A stretch of DNA of 64,000 nt from Auanema rhodensis (taxonomy: Eukaryota; Animalia; Nematoda): contig OZ059895.1 in NCBI GenBank assembly GCA_964057225.1, forward strand, positions 15,748,001-15,812,000. The letters run 5' to 3'. The position numbers and the translations under genes are program-made. Below are positions 13,201 to 26,415 of this stretch, one piece after another. Below the pieces are notes generated by a model. It had not been told where the DNA came from and searched no databases. It saw nothing but the letters and a program-made list of their open reading frames with translations. The stretch's first letter is position 1; every line of letters starts with the position of its first letter.

Positions 13201-13465
13201 CTGTTCACGTTGTGATCCAAAGTACACAATTCCCACAAATCGGAAAAATACATGACACGTTGCGAAAGGTTTGCACATGAATTATGAACGATATCAACAC
13301 CAGCAATTTCAGACAACGTTGGCAGTAGCGCAAGAGATAAAATACATAGAAACGACAGAATCACTGAGAGAGCAGTGGGTGTTCATATTCGATAGGGTTG
13401 ACTTAATCTGCCTCATTTTATTTCAAACTTTAAATATTACCGCCTCTGCTTTGTTTATGAGGTGA
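10225..13465 (+). CDS. Cys-loop ligand-gated ion channel subunit (nAChR-like, non-alpha, cation-type); 5' exon structure before ~10660 uncertain
   Basis: Exons: YVADIRP, TWVDPHLTWN, VWTPDVIF, Cys-loop CNLRIQDFPFDVQIC, GSWNFD, GNSEWDL, LKRKPVYYVLVIQAPTF (TM1), RREKVTLGLNMFVSISMML (TM2), LPLLGNYILAEI (TM3), FDRVDLICL (TM4); stop at 13463-13465. Confidence 0.92.
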
Positions 13466-14024
13466 CAAACACCTAGAACATACCAGCAATGTCAGGAAAA
13501 TAATAAATTGTACGTAAATGAGATGAAAACAACAATATTTTGATAGTTTTATTTTTATCTCAAATCTGATCACGGGCGCTCGTTATGGATAAATAGTTAC
13601 GTATTAACACAGCCGGAGTGACAAATCATGCTTCAGTCACACGAGAATTGATAAATTAGAATAATAATAGAGCAGATGAGAAGAACACAACAAAATTGAT
13701 ATAAATTTTAAATAAAACGTACACCCCAGCGAGTTTTGGGTATCTATTAACGAGTAAAAAAGGAAACCAGTAACCCAGTAAGGGTTCTTAGCAGCAGGCA
13801 TAGATAGAATGAAAAGTTTTGCACGGAGGAATGAACCATTGTAAAACAACCTACTAATATGGTCAAAACAATGCCATATATCGTAGCAGTGTTAAAACAA
13901 ACTAATAGTGAAAATAAGGAGTGGTAGGGATTCGAACTCGTTATCGCCCAGCCACAAAGCTGAACAATTCAATGATAAAAGCTATGTGACGAAAGACGAA
14001 ACACACCTATAGTTTAACATGGCC

Positions 14025-14807
<783 letters not shown>

Positions 14808-14974
14808 CTATGACATTAGCCACGTGCCCGAAGTTTAAGAAAACAGATAATAATGCTTTGGCCATGAATATGTTGAAGTGTAATTAACATCTACAACACC
14901 TTAAGCGGTTAACAGACGATATTTTATGAAAAATAGGGGAAAAGATCGAAAAGACTAAGTACAACGCTCGTATA

Positions 14975-15050
14975 ATCTAAGTGACGTCGCACCACGTCAG
15001 CGCATCGCGACCGCGTCGCTTTGTTTGCTAAAAATACGGTTGCCGCATGC
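14975..15050. promoter_or_regulatory. GC-rich core of the divergent arf-1/gei-8 promoter with bZIP-type ACGT sites
   Basis: CpG-rich island in AT-rich DNA between head-to-head genes; TGACGTC at 14982 and CCACGTCA (TGACGTGG on the minus strand) at 14992. Confidence 0.5.
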
Positions 15051-15363
15051 ACATCTAAGACGATTAGGCAATGTGCCAAAGTAAAAATAATTATATTTTG
15101 ATTCTTTTACGGTAATTAAAATAGTATATGTAATGCTGATTACTTGATATGAATTATGATAATTCATTCTAGGACTTAATATTCCTATTTAGACTGTTCT
15201 GTGAACAAAAATCACCTTAGAAACGGTGATTCAAACAACTGCAATTTCGTTCAAGAAGAAAACGGGCAAGAACAAGACCAAAAAAATAGTTTTAATAAGT
15301 ATATTATTATTGTTTTCATCTTTTTTTAAATGTTCATCTTCTCTATTTCTTAGATTACCCCGA

Positions 15364-18300
15364 ATGAACAAGAAACCCAAACAAACAAGTTCAAAGTGTC
15401 TTGTAAGTAAAAGAACCTATTATTCCGGTTTAAAATTGACTTCCACATCATTTTCTTATTTTTCATTTTATTTTATATATATTTCGTTATAACCCTGTCT
15501 TTTTCATTATTTCTGATATTGAGCTAGCTTAATTATAATGTCTGGCTGAAGCTGTATTACTTCAGGGTCCTGGCGGTTCACAGAAAAATAGTGCAGACCA
15601 GCCACCACCCAAAAATAGTCTTTCAAAACCTACCTTTTGCAAATTTGTATCGCGAACTGAAAAGGTTTGGAATTTATAAATTTAATTACAAACTACTCTT
15701 TTCAGTTTACCAACAATTTTGAATTGTCGTATGAGAAATTAAAGCTGAAGGTAGGGGGATTTCCTAACAAAATTGAGTAATTATATTCAATCAGGCCCAA
15801 AAGGTATTGGAAGTAAATATTGATTCATTTCTTAATGTGAACTCATCAAGTTTTGGTGAAGAATCAAATTCCCAGGTATTTGACAATTTCGCCGGCAGAA
15901 TAATCAAAACATTCAGTCCAATTCTGATAGAAAGCGGCCCTATCCTGCCACCGAACAAGATTCTTCTGTTAGTACACGGATGCCCTCTTCAGATTCTCGG
16001 AGGGCACCTACCAACGAAGGAGTGAGATTGGCAATTAATAATACGCACCTTACCAGTCTTGACCTTTTTTTCAGTTTGGAGAAGTGGATGGACCAGTTAA
16101 CCAAAACGAACAATCACAATCTGGAGAAAATTTATATGATTTAAAACCTACTTTGGTATATTTCTATTATATAAGTTTTAAAGCGTTATTGAATTAAAAT
16201 TTAGGTAAACACAACGTTTGAAATGTTAAGAACTGAGAGAAGAATGCTAGACTATAATATGGAGAGATTGTGTGAAACGATTAACTCATGCGCGGTAATG
16301 AATTCTTTTAATACTATTATTTATTCTCTGTGAATTTTTAAAGAAGGAAATGGAAAATCGAGCGAAAGCTAAAGATGTAGATAAGAAAGCAGACTTTTTC
16401 GATCAAGAACCTCTCTGGAAGCGCATCATATCAGAAAATTCCAGTCAAAAGAATGATAATAAACCTTCTCATTTGAATTATCCTAATTTCTATAAGAGAG
16501 TGGGTTTTTCTGGAAATTGTTGAATTACAAATATTTTCTTTTTAGCCTATGTATTATGAGCCGCGAGATGTGCCGGGAATGATAGATTTAGTTAATAGTA
16601 ATAAGGTGAGAAAATAGTTATTTTCGCGTTCTTATGTTTATGTTTTCCAGTATTTCCAACCAAAATTAATTGATATGCTCACAGCCAAGAGGAGAGTTGA
16701 TATGGCGACTCATAAGAGAGAACATCAAGAATACACACGTAGATTAGAACAATGGAGACGTACCATAGACCGATGGGAAAAGTTTCCTTCAAAAATGTAA
16801 TGCTTCTATTTAATCTTCTATTTTTTATATATGTAATTATAGTAGTCGTGATAACAAGAATCGTCTCATTTATGAATCTATATTCCCCGATTTGAAGAAG
16901 GTAGTAAATCTGAGTCTTGTAATTACATAATCTTTTGACTGTAGATGCGCGAAGAAAAGGAAAGGTCTGGCAGAACTGAACGCATTAGTCTTCGTCAAGA
17001 AGCTACAGGCTCCTATTTATCTGTGAATTCTGATAAGGTATGCTTCATGTCTTGTATTTAAATTGAAGCTTCTTTTTAAATGATTCAGGATGAAAGTGAA
17101 AGAAAAATGTTAAATGCTGCTGCGGTTCCTCCGCTCGCCTATAAGGTTTAATATTTTCATTTATTTCTTGTCGTTTATTTCTATCTCTCTTAGCCTCCTT
17201 TCAAAAATGACTTTTCCTTCAATAACATGGGCAATGTTATAAGAAACGTTGAGGAGATGAGTAGGCTTGGGTAAAAATCTATTTTTTTTATTAATTTTAA
17301 TTTCTAAATTTAAGTATTCAAAACTTTCTCTCTAATTGGACTGAAGAAGAGATTGATATTTTTCGTGACCGACTTCAAGTTGTTGGTAAAAACTATGCTA
17401 ATATTGCAACTTATTTACCAAACAAGGTTTGATAATTTTGTATATGATATTTTATATTTTTTGTATGATTTGTAGTCTGTCAAGGATTGTGTTCTTTATT
17501 ATTACCTCACCAAGAAGAGCTCTAATTTGAAAGCATTATTGCCGAAGAAAAAACGAAAATTAGCCAAATCTTATAAGGTAATCAAATTTTATAATAATTT
17601 GTCTATGACTTTTCTTTAGCCTCCGGTTATGCCGACAGAGGAAGAACTGAACTTGTATCAAGCTTCTGTTTCAAACCCTGTTGTTAATGGTGAGTAATAT
17701 TGATTTCGCAACAGGCACTTTGATTTCTATTTTTAGTCCCGCCTCCTGTTGTTCAAGAGATTACTTGTGCAAAATGTAATCAAAGAGTTGATCCTTCAAC
17801 TTCTCGCGTTCAAACAAGAGCTAGTTATGAAATCAACGGTAAGTTGCATCTAAGACTAATGTGTTATTAACCTTTTACATTTAGTCATAGGCTTAGGTAG
17901 TAAAAAAGGCGTCGACATTGCTAACTATTGCGAGAAATGTCGGAATGAGGCAATAAAGCAAACATATCCTTAGTATGTACCCATCATACAGTTCTATAAA
18001 ATAGTTATTTGTTTTAGCAAATGTTTCGTTAAAGCTTGTAGAGTTGGAGTTAAAAAAGGAAAAGCTGCTAGAACGTTACCTCAAACATATAAAGCATTAC
18101 CCGAAGACTTAAAGTTTGCTTTCGTATCTATAGCTTTCTTGTAATTTTCAATTCCTTAGGACTTTTCTCATTCATGATCTCAATATATTAGATGATACAG
18201 GGAAATTTTGTGTGTTATGTTTCAAAAAAATTTCAAGAAGAATTGAGCAGGTTTCTTTTATGTTGCAATGTTTTTTAAAACAATTTTCTTTGTTATTAAG

Positions 18301-19891
18301 GCTATGGCTTATGAATTGGATGATACGGCCATGAATTATCTGTATCCTGCATCTAGACATTGGACTCCTTTCCAAGTATTTGTTTAGAAATCCATGTTAA
18401 ACTATGTTTTGTTTTATTATAGAAAACTCAATTGATAACCATGGCTCATCAAAATGGTAAAAACTGGAATCTCATTGCTGAAACGATGATTGATCGGAGT
18501 GCAGCCGAATGCCGATCTTATTTTATACTTTTGGATAGAAGAAGGCCCAGATTTGATTGGGATCCTAATCCTAAAGTTCTGAAGAGTTTATTTGAAGGGG
18601 AGAAAACGTACGTTCAACATGACATTTAGATATTTTTAATCTGATATCTACAGGGAAGAAACAACTATGGAGGAGGATTCGCAAGACGTCCCTGAAGATG
18701 GTGCTCAATTGTCGCAAGAACATCTCGCTGTAAAAAATGAAGAATCTCGAGAACTTTCGCCTGAAATCGTTCCTGTTCAGGCGACTTCTCCGGTAGTTGC
18801 CGATTCAAAACCGAAAGCACAGAAAACTGAAGAGCCGCAACCAGAAGTTGCCACTGAGAATTCAAAAAGCGCTTTGAATATGCCTGTTCCTGAAGCTTCC
18901 ATACCTGGTGCAGGATCTCTTACTATGGGAACTCCTATGAGGCCAGCGTCTGCTACTCTTGCCGATGGAGTTTCTTCGAAAACTCAATCAATTACTCCAA
19001 CTCTTTCACAGTCACAGCCCCAATCCAAGGCTCAAACTCCTCTACCAATTCCCATTTCTCAGGTGCTACAATCTCAAAATTCGGCACAATTGCAACTTCA
19101 AGCTCAACTTCAAGCAGCGCATGCTCAAGCTCATGCTCAAGCGCAGGCCCATGCTCAAGCTCAGGCACAAGCTCAGGCACAAGCTCAGGCACAAGCTCAG
19201 GCACAAGCTCAGGCTCAAGCTCAAGCTCAGGCTCAAGCTCAGGCTCAAGCTCAGGCTCAAACGCAGGCACAAACTCAGGCACCAAATCCCTCTCAACTAC
19301 ATACCCCAACTCAGCAGCACATTCAAACTCATTTACAAACTCAGGGTCAAGCTCAGGTTCAAACGCAGGTTCAACCGCAAGCACAGTCTCAAGCGCAAAT
19401 CCAAATTCAAAATAAGGCTCCAGCACAGACCCTACAGCATTCTCTGCAACTTGGACACCCCCTTCTCCAGGCACATCAATCACCATTTCAACAACACCTT
19501 CAAGCCCAACAACAACAACAACAGCAGCAACAGCAACCGAATGTGGTACTCACTCAACCGTCAACCATATCACAGTCCTCTGTTACTACTGCTCCTGTGT
19601 CCTCTTTACCGTCCACATCCGGATATGCTGGAATACCTGGAATTTCTTCTAACGCTCTTGCAGCTATGTTCCCCGGGGGTGTTAATGCTGCAACCCTTCA
19701 GCAATACGCTGTGAGTGATTTATATTGTTTCAATCTATATTTGTTTATTTAGACCATCTTGCAGCAAGCCGGTGGAAGTAACATTGCTCCTCAACTCCTT
19801 GGAGATTACGGAGCTTTTCTTTCTGGCGCACTTAACCACCAGCAGCAACAGCAGCAACATCAACAACAACAGCAACAACAGCAACAACAGC

Positions 19892-19923
<32 letters not shown>

Positions 19924-20553
19924 ATTAATCCTCAGGTAATTTTTTGTATTTTATTTTGTAAATTATCACTTGTTTAGGATTTATTGAGAAATTTGGATAA
20001 ATTTGGAACCCGTGATGTTAACGCTGTTCTTGCTGTTCTACAACAACAGCAGCAAGTACAACAAGCTCAGCAAGTTCAGCAAGCTGTTGCGGTTGGTTTT
20101 GTAAAGAACTTTCTTATTTATATTCTGTTTTCAGAAAGGTAATTTGAACACAAATGCCATTGTGGAGTCCATTATTGCACAGTATAGCAAGTACTCTGAT
20201 CAAGGTATATAGTGTAACATCAATTATGAAATATATGAAAGTGTTTGTTTAAGATTTGGACACAATATTCAGCAAATGTACGGATCCGACAACCAAAGTA
20301 CTTCTACAAATCGTAATGGAACGTAGAAAAACTACTGCTAATCAACTAGCTCAGCAACAATTCCAAGCCAATTCTCTACAGCAAGCCTTTTTGCAACAAC
20401 AGCAGCACCAGCAATCTGAACTTATGAAACAGCAACAAGCTGAACTTTTGAAGCAGCAACAAGCTGAACTTTTGAAACAACAAGCTGAACTCTTGAAACA
20501 ACAGCAAATTAAACAAATGCAAAAACAGCAGGAGCTGATCAAGCAACAGCAAC

Positions 20554-20587
<34 letters not shown>

Positions 20588-23051
20588 ACAACAACAACAA
20601 ATGGTATGAATTATAATTATTAGAGATTAGTAAAGGACTTTCTTCAGATTGCTCAGCAATTAAAGCAGCAACAGTTATACCAAAATATGAGAACTACTCA
20701 GATGTCTCTCAGTGCTCAAGGCCTAATCCCCCAAGTTTCTACCGCTGTTAGTACAAGTGGTGATGCACGTGCTGATATGCAAGACCTCCAGGTAGATTTA
20801 AAGGTTTTTAAGAAACTATTTAAATACTAATTAAGAAGAAGTATACTGAGTTGTTCAAACAAGCTCAACAAAACCAACAGGTTCAACAGATCCAACAAGC
20901 TCAGCAAGCTCAACAGGCTCAGCAAGCTCAACAGGCTCAAGCTCAAGCGCAGGCACAAGCTCAAGCACAGGCACAGGCACAAGCACAGGCGCAAGCACAA
21001 GCACAAGCACAAGCACAAGCACAGGCACAGGCGCAACAAGTCCAGCAAGCACAGCTTCAGCTTCGTAGCTATGTTTTACAACAACAGATGAAAGTTCAAG
21101 AAGCAACTCAATTACAAGAAGAACATGATACAGTGAGAGCTTTTTTTCTGATAATTACATAATTTTCTCTTTTTAGTTATCTAAAAAAATTGATGAAATT
21201 GCTGAAAATCTTCAGCGAATTGAAAATGACGAAAGAAGCTTAGCTGCTGCTAAAAAGGTTCTCAACCTATATATTTGATTTGTACTAAACTCTTCGATAT
21301 TAAGCAATATGAAAGCATTGCTCCATGGTCAATGTCGCCAGAATTCACTCGAGGAAAAAATGAAGTTAATGATCAAATCAAGATGCATGCTATGAATAGG
21401 CTGACAATGCAAACAAGACTCGCCGAACTAAGAAATACGTTAGTTATCTCTCTCTTTTCTATAATTTTGACTCATGTTTTTTATCAATTTTAGACGCGAA
21501 AAGGTGCGACAACGCATTGTCCAAAATAGGGCGACTTTGGAATTAGCCAGTAGCCTTTCAAGTCCCGCTGCTGCTGCTGCAGCTGTTGCAGCTACTTCAC
21601 TTTCCAGTAAAGACTTTGTTTCTAAGATGCAAGGAGCTCCAACTAATTACTCAGTAATATCTTTTGGCTGATACGATATACTCATTTTTCTCCTGATTTC
21701 AGCAATTGATGGCTCAACAACTTCAACAACAACAACAGTTTCAACAACTTATTAGCCAGAGGTTTATGCAAGAAGCTGCGAAGGTACTTTTCAATATACT
21801 AGAAAGACTGTATTGAATCTTTTCAGTCTCAACCCACTACATCTATTACAACCAAACAACATGATCATGCTAAACAGGTCAATAATATCGTAGATAAGGT
21901 GAATGCTACTGCCGTTACTTCTATGATAATTTACCCTATTTCTCTATATAGGTTTTGAACGAAGAACTCTTCGTCAACCATTCTCCAACATCATCATATA
22001 CTCAACAGCCATCTGATACTGTTAAACGAAAATCAGGATTAGAGACCATTTGCTTGCCATCAGCTCCTATCCAACATCGTCATCCTTTGACTGCTCCTGC
22101 TCAAAGAAGGATGCCTACCCCTCCTCGCACGGTTTGCCAGCATTCGGTACCTTTATCCATTTTCTATATTTCAGAACTCACGAAGTATCACTGGAACTCC
22201 ACTGACAATCTCCACATCAAATCATTCTGGCAATCATTCAGGTTCATCAACAGTTCAGGTTTACTTCCATACTCTAGATATTCAATATCAATTTGTTCTC
22301 AGAATTCACCCAGACCCTCTTTATCAAATGGTGTTCCTAATCGAAGTACCGGTCCCGTTAAGCCTCCAATTCTTACTGGCTCAGCACCTTCTGCTTCAGT
22401 AATATCATCGGCCATTTCTCACATGGTTTGTCTAAATTACTTTTAATTCTTGTAACATTTACTCTTGCTTTAGAATCGAACTGCTTCACCATTCATGATG
22501 TCTTCTCAAACAGCTACCTCTGTTTCTTCAATACCTACCTCTTCTGCTCTAGCTGGGATTTCCTCTGTTAATAGTCCAGGTTCAGCTAAATCTGTACCTA
22601 ACCAAGCTCCACCCCCTCCACCACCTCATCGTCCCACTCCTCCTCCTCCGCCGCCTTCAGCTTCGGTCCAGGAAACTAAGGTCGAATCTTCTTCACACGC
22701 TGACTTCGAACCTCTATCCCCGGATGATAGCACTTCAAATGTTGAAAATGCTGCTCCTTCGAGCTCATTAATACAAGAAAAGCAAAAAACTGCTTCTGAA
22801 GGTACTAGTTGAACTTTGCATGTCCCACAACATAGATGCCTTTTTCAGAATCTCGTGTGTTCAGTTGTTTGGATCTTGATTGGAACGGTCCACCAATTAC
22901 TGCCAATGGTGGTACCCCTTCGAATGGAAATCAAAATGTTTCAACATCTACTGCAAACCCTTTCCAAATGGTTGGACTAATGCTTCCAGTTGATCCTTCA
23001 GCTCCTACCGCACCCCCTCAATTCGAGCCTTTATCCGATGACGAGAGCTAA
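15364..23051 (+). CDS. gei-8: NCoR/SMRT-family nuclear receptor co-repressor (GEI-8-like), many exons; exact start codon uncertain
   Basis: SANT1 [44 protein letters not shown]; SANT2 ...[25 protein letters not shown]; long Q/AQ-rich region; C-terminal [10 protein letters not shown] matching the NCoR/SMRT terminal LSD motif. Confidence 0.88.
19121..21040 (+). repeat. Coding low-complexity repeats in gei-8: two (AQ)n tracts and several poly-Q tracts
   Basis: gctcaggcacaa-type repeats at ~19121-19280 and ~20900-21040; (caa/cag)n at ~19508, ~19840-19923 and ~20544-20600. Confidence 0.95.
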
Positions 23052-24014
23052 ATTTTGGTACATTTAAGCTTTTTCTTTCTTTTGGGTTATTTTTGTTTTC
23101 ATTCTCTCTGTGATATCAGTGTGTACACATGATCTCTCCATAGGTTTGCAGAGTTCTACAGTTTTTTACTCTTTTACGCTGTCAGACAATGCATAGTGTT
23201 AACACATTGTATTTATGCTGGTTCTAACCTTACTTGACCCGGTTAATCAGTAAGGTGTTATTTGTATCTCGTTGTCTTTATTTAGTGAACAGTGAATTTA
23301 GCAATTTCATGTATTGTATCAATCCCAATCTACATTATTCATCTCATTTTTAAGTGTTGTGTTCCTTGTTTATATTTTGTCTCTCAGCGTTTTCGCCAAC
23401 TTTAGTGTTCATCTTTACCAGGAATATACTATAGAAGAAGTATAAATGGTGTGCTGTAAATAATATCTGTTCTGTTTGTTACTTTCTTTCTCTCGTTTCG
23501 TCTTTTTATCGCTCTCTTTCTTCTTTTGGCTGTATGTCTATCTGTTTTTCAGTTCAATTTATGATTCGAATGACTGCAAGTTCAATCATTTTCAATTTAT
23601 TTTCTCTATTTCTAAGCTTTATGTTAGACCAGTGAACCATTTTATATCCAAGTATATCCGATCAACATTGAATTTCTTGACCCCAGTTGATATTAACGTA
23701 CTTGATGAGACTTATAAAGTTTACTAGAAAACTTATAGTATATATACATGAGTTACCACATATAAAGAGACATCAGAGCATATAATGAACAGAACTAAAC
23801 GATACGATCAATCATGTTGAAGAAAATCATGATATTTTCATTATTAATGCAACTACTATATACGATATTCCATGAGTAAACGCACAGAATCTATGTAGAA
23901 AGATAGGTGTAGGTGTAGGAAAACTTTCGTTTCATTATTATGAAATTGACTCAAGATTATACGGTTTATGGACCCCTGTATGTAATACGGGAAACCAATA
24001 TATGATCAAGTTTC

Positions 24015-24204
24015 ATTAGGTTTGTTAAGATTGAGGGGGACTGTCTTTGGCAGTTGGAGAAGAGCTGGTTAGCACTTCTCGTTGGGGTGAGGTTCTGGCC
24101 CTCGGGATTCTTCGGAGTTCCTAGGACCGAAGACTTCCAAGCCCGGAACCTCCCCCCACCGGGGAAATATGTTTAAATTTTTGGAAAAGCATCTAATTAG
24201 GTGC
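24015..24204 (+). ncRNA. Putative Sm-class snRNA-like RNA, type A (also at ~24335-24524, 24655-24844, 24975-25164, 25294-25483, 25613-25802, 25932-26121); 5' end inferred
   Basis: GC-rich stems ACTGTC/GGCAGT, GAGAAG-GCT/AGC-CTTCTC, TGGGG-GAGGTTCTGG/CCGGAACCTC-CCCCA and GGGATTC-TTCG-GAGTTCC (cUUCGg loop); single-stranded AATTTTTGG Sm site at 24176-24184; terminal hairpin GCATCT-AATT-AGGTGC. G-U pairs define the + strand. Confidence 0.65.
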
Positions 24205-26252
24205 AACAATTCTCGATTTATCATTTTGAAAACTTATTGTAAAACTTTCGTTTCATCATTATGAAATTGACTCAAGATTATACGGTTAATAGCCCCTGTA
24301 TGTAATACGGGAAACCAATATATGATCAAGTTTCATTAGGTTTGTTAAGATTGAGGGGGACTGTCTTTGGCAGTTGGAGAAGAGCTGGTTAGCACTTCTC
24401 GTTGGGGTGAGGTTCTGGCCCTCGGGATTTTTCGGAGTTCCTAGGACCGAAGACTTCCAAGCCCGGAACCTCCCCCCACCGGGGAAATATGTTTAAATTT
24501 TTGGAAAAGCATCTAATTAGGTGCAACAATTCTCGATTTATCATTTTGAAAACTTATTGTAAAACTTTCGTTTCATCATTATGAAATTGACTCAAGATTA
24601 TACGGTTAATAGCCCCTGTATGTAATACGGGAAACCAATATATGATCAAGTTTCATTAGGTTTGTTAAGATTGAGGGGGACTGTCTTTGGCAGTTGGAGA
24701 AGAGCTGGTTAGCACTTCTCGTTGGGGTGAGGTTCTGGCCCTCGGGATTCTTCGGAGTTCCTAGGACCGAAGACTTCCAAGCCCGGAACCTCCCCCCACC
24801 GGGGAAATATGTTTAAATTTTTGGAAAAGCATCTAATTAGGTGCAACAATTCTTGATTTATCATTTGAAAACTTATTGTAAAACTTTCGTTTCATCATTA
24901 TGAAATTGACTCAAGATTATACGGTTTATGGACCCCTGTATGTAATACGGGAAACCAATATATGATCAAGTTTCATTAGGTTTGTTAAGATTGAGGGGGA
25001 CTGTCTTTGGCAGTTGGAGAAGAGCTGGTTAGCACTTCTCGTTGGGGTGAGGTTCTGGCCCTCGGGATTCTTCGGAGTTCCTAGGACCGAAGACTTCCAA
25101 GCCCGGAACCTCCCCCCACCGGGGAAATATGTTTAAATTTTTGGAAAAGCATCTAATTAGGTGCAACAATTCTTGATTTATCATTTGAAAACTTATTGTA
25201 AAACTTTCGTTTCATCATTATGAAATTGACTCAAGATTATACGGTTAATAGCCCCTGTATGTAATACGGGAAACCAATATATGATCAAGTTTCATTAGGT
25301 TTGTTAAGATTGAGGGGGACTGTCTTTGGCAGTTGGAGAAGAGCTGGTTAGCACTTCTCGTTGGGGTGAGGTTCTGGCCCTCGGGATTCTTCGGAGTTCC
25401 TAGGACCGAAGACTTCCAAGCCCGGAACCTCCCCCCACCGGGGAAATATGTTTAAATTTTTGGAAAAGCATCTAATTAGGTGCAACAATTCTTGATTTAT
25501 CATTTGAAAACTTATTGTAAAACTTTCGTTTCATCATTATGAAATTGACTCAAGATTATACGGTTAATAGCCCCTGTATGTAATACGGGAAACCAATATA
25601 TGATCAAGTTTCATTAGGTTTGTTAAGATTGAGGGGGACTGTCTTTGGCAGTTGGAGAAGAGCTGGTTAGCACTTCTCGTTGGGGTGAGGTTCTGGCCCT
25701 CGGGATTCTTCGGAGTTCCTAGGACCGAAGACTTCCAAGCCCGGAACCTCCCCCCACCGGGGAAATATGTTTAAATTTTTGGAAAAGCATCTAATTAGGT
25801 GCAACAATTCTTGATTTATCATTTGAAAACTTATTGTAAAACTTTCGTTTCATCATTATGAAATTGACTCAAGATTATACGGTTAATAGCCCCTGTATGT
25901 AATACGGGAAACCAATATATGATCAAGTTTCATTAGGTTTGTTAAGATTGAGGGGGACTGTCTTTGGCAGTTGGAGAAGAGCTGGTTAGCACTTCTCGTT
26001 GGGGTGAGGTTCTGGCCCTCGGGATTTTTCGGAGTTCCTAGGACCGAAGACTTCCAAGCCCGGAACCTCCCCCCACCGGGGAAATATGTTTCAATTTTTG
26101 GAAAAGCATCTAATTAGATGCAACAATTCTCGATTTATCATTTTGAAAACTTATTGTAAAACTTTCGTTTCATCATTATGAAATTGACTCAAGATTATAC
26201 GGTTTATGGACCCCTGTATGTAATACGGGAAACCAATATATGATCAAGTTTC

Positions 26253-26415
26253 ACTCTAAATATCTTTAACTTTCCCTATATATGAGTATATTATGGGGAA
26301 GCCCAGGGATCGCCCTCAGTTGGGTGTAGGTTGCTAAGCCCCGGGGTTTTTCCTTTCCCGTGGGGGGCGCTCCCTGTGCTTCGTTTATTTTTTGGAAAAG
26401 CATCTAATTAGGTGC
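26253..26415 (+). ncRNA. Putative Sm-class snRNA-like RNA, type B (divergent 8th unit)
   Basis: Same upstream flank and same terminal hairpin; Sm-like ATTTTTTGG at 26387-26395; different body folding as TTCCCTATATAT/ATATTATGGGGAA and GAAGC-CAGGGA-CGCCCTCA/TGGGGGGCG-TCCCTG-GCTTC. Confidence 0.6.

Noticed and set aside
13915-13975. tRNA-like B-box (GAGTTCGAATCC) on the minus strand in the arf-1 3' region
   Set aside because: T-stem does not pair, and there is no canonical anticodon loop, D-arm or acceptor stem.
18959-21106. Long alternative-frame and antisense ORFs (poly-L, LKLR, EPEL, CLCL) over gei-8
   Set aside because: By-products of stop-free CAG/CAA/GCT repeats in the real reading frame.
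24064-24110. CTGGTTAGCACTT resembling part of 5S rRNA
   Set aside because: Only a ~13-nt match; the rest of the 5S sequence and fold is absent.
24135-24150. CCAAGCCCGGA resembling a twister ribozyme P4/L4
   Set aside because: The enclosed loop is far too large and the UAA/P2/GAGG elements are not in a compatible arrangement.
24241-24270. Hammerhead-like ATGATGA-AAC-GAAA on the minus strand of the repeat
   Set aside because: Core lacks the invariant C of CUGANGA, copy 1 has ATAATGA, and no helices I/III are evident.
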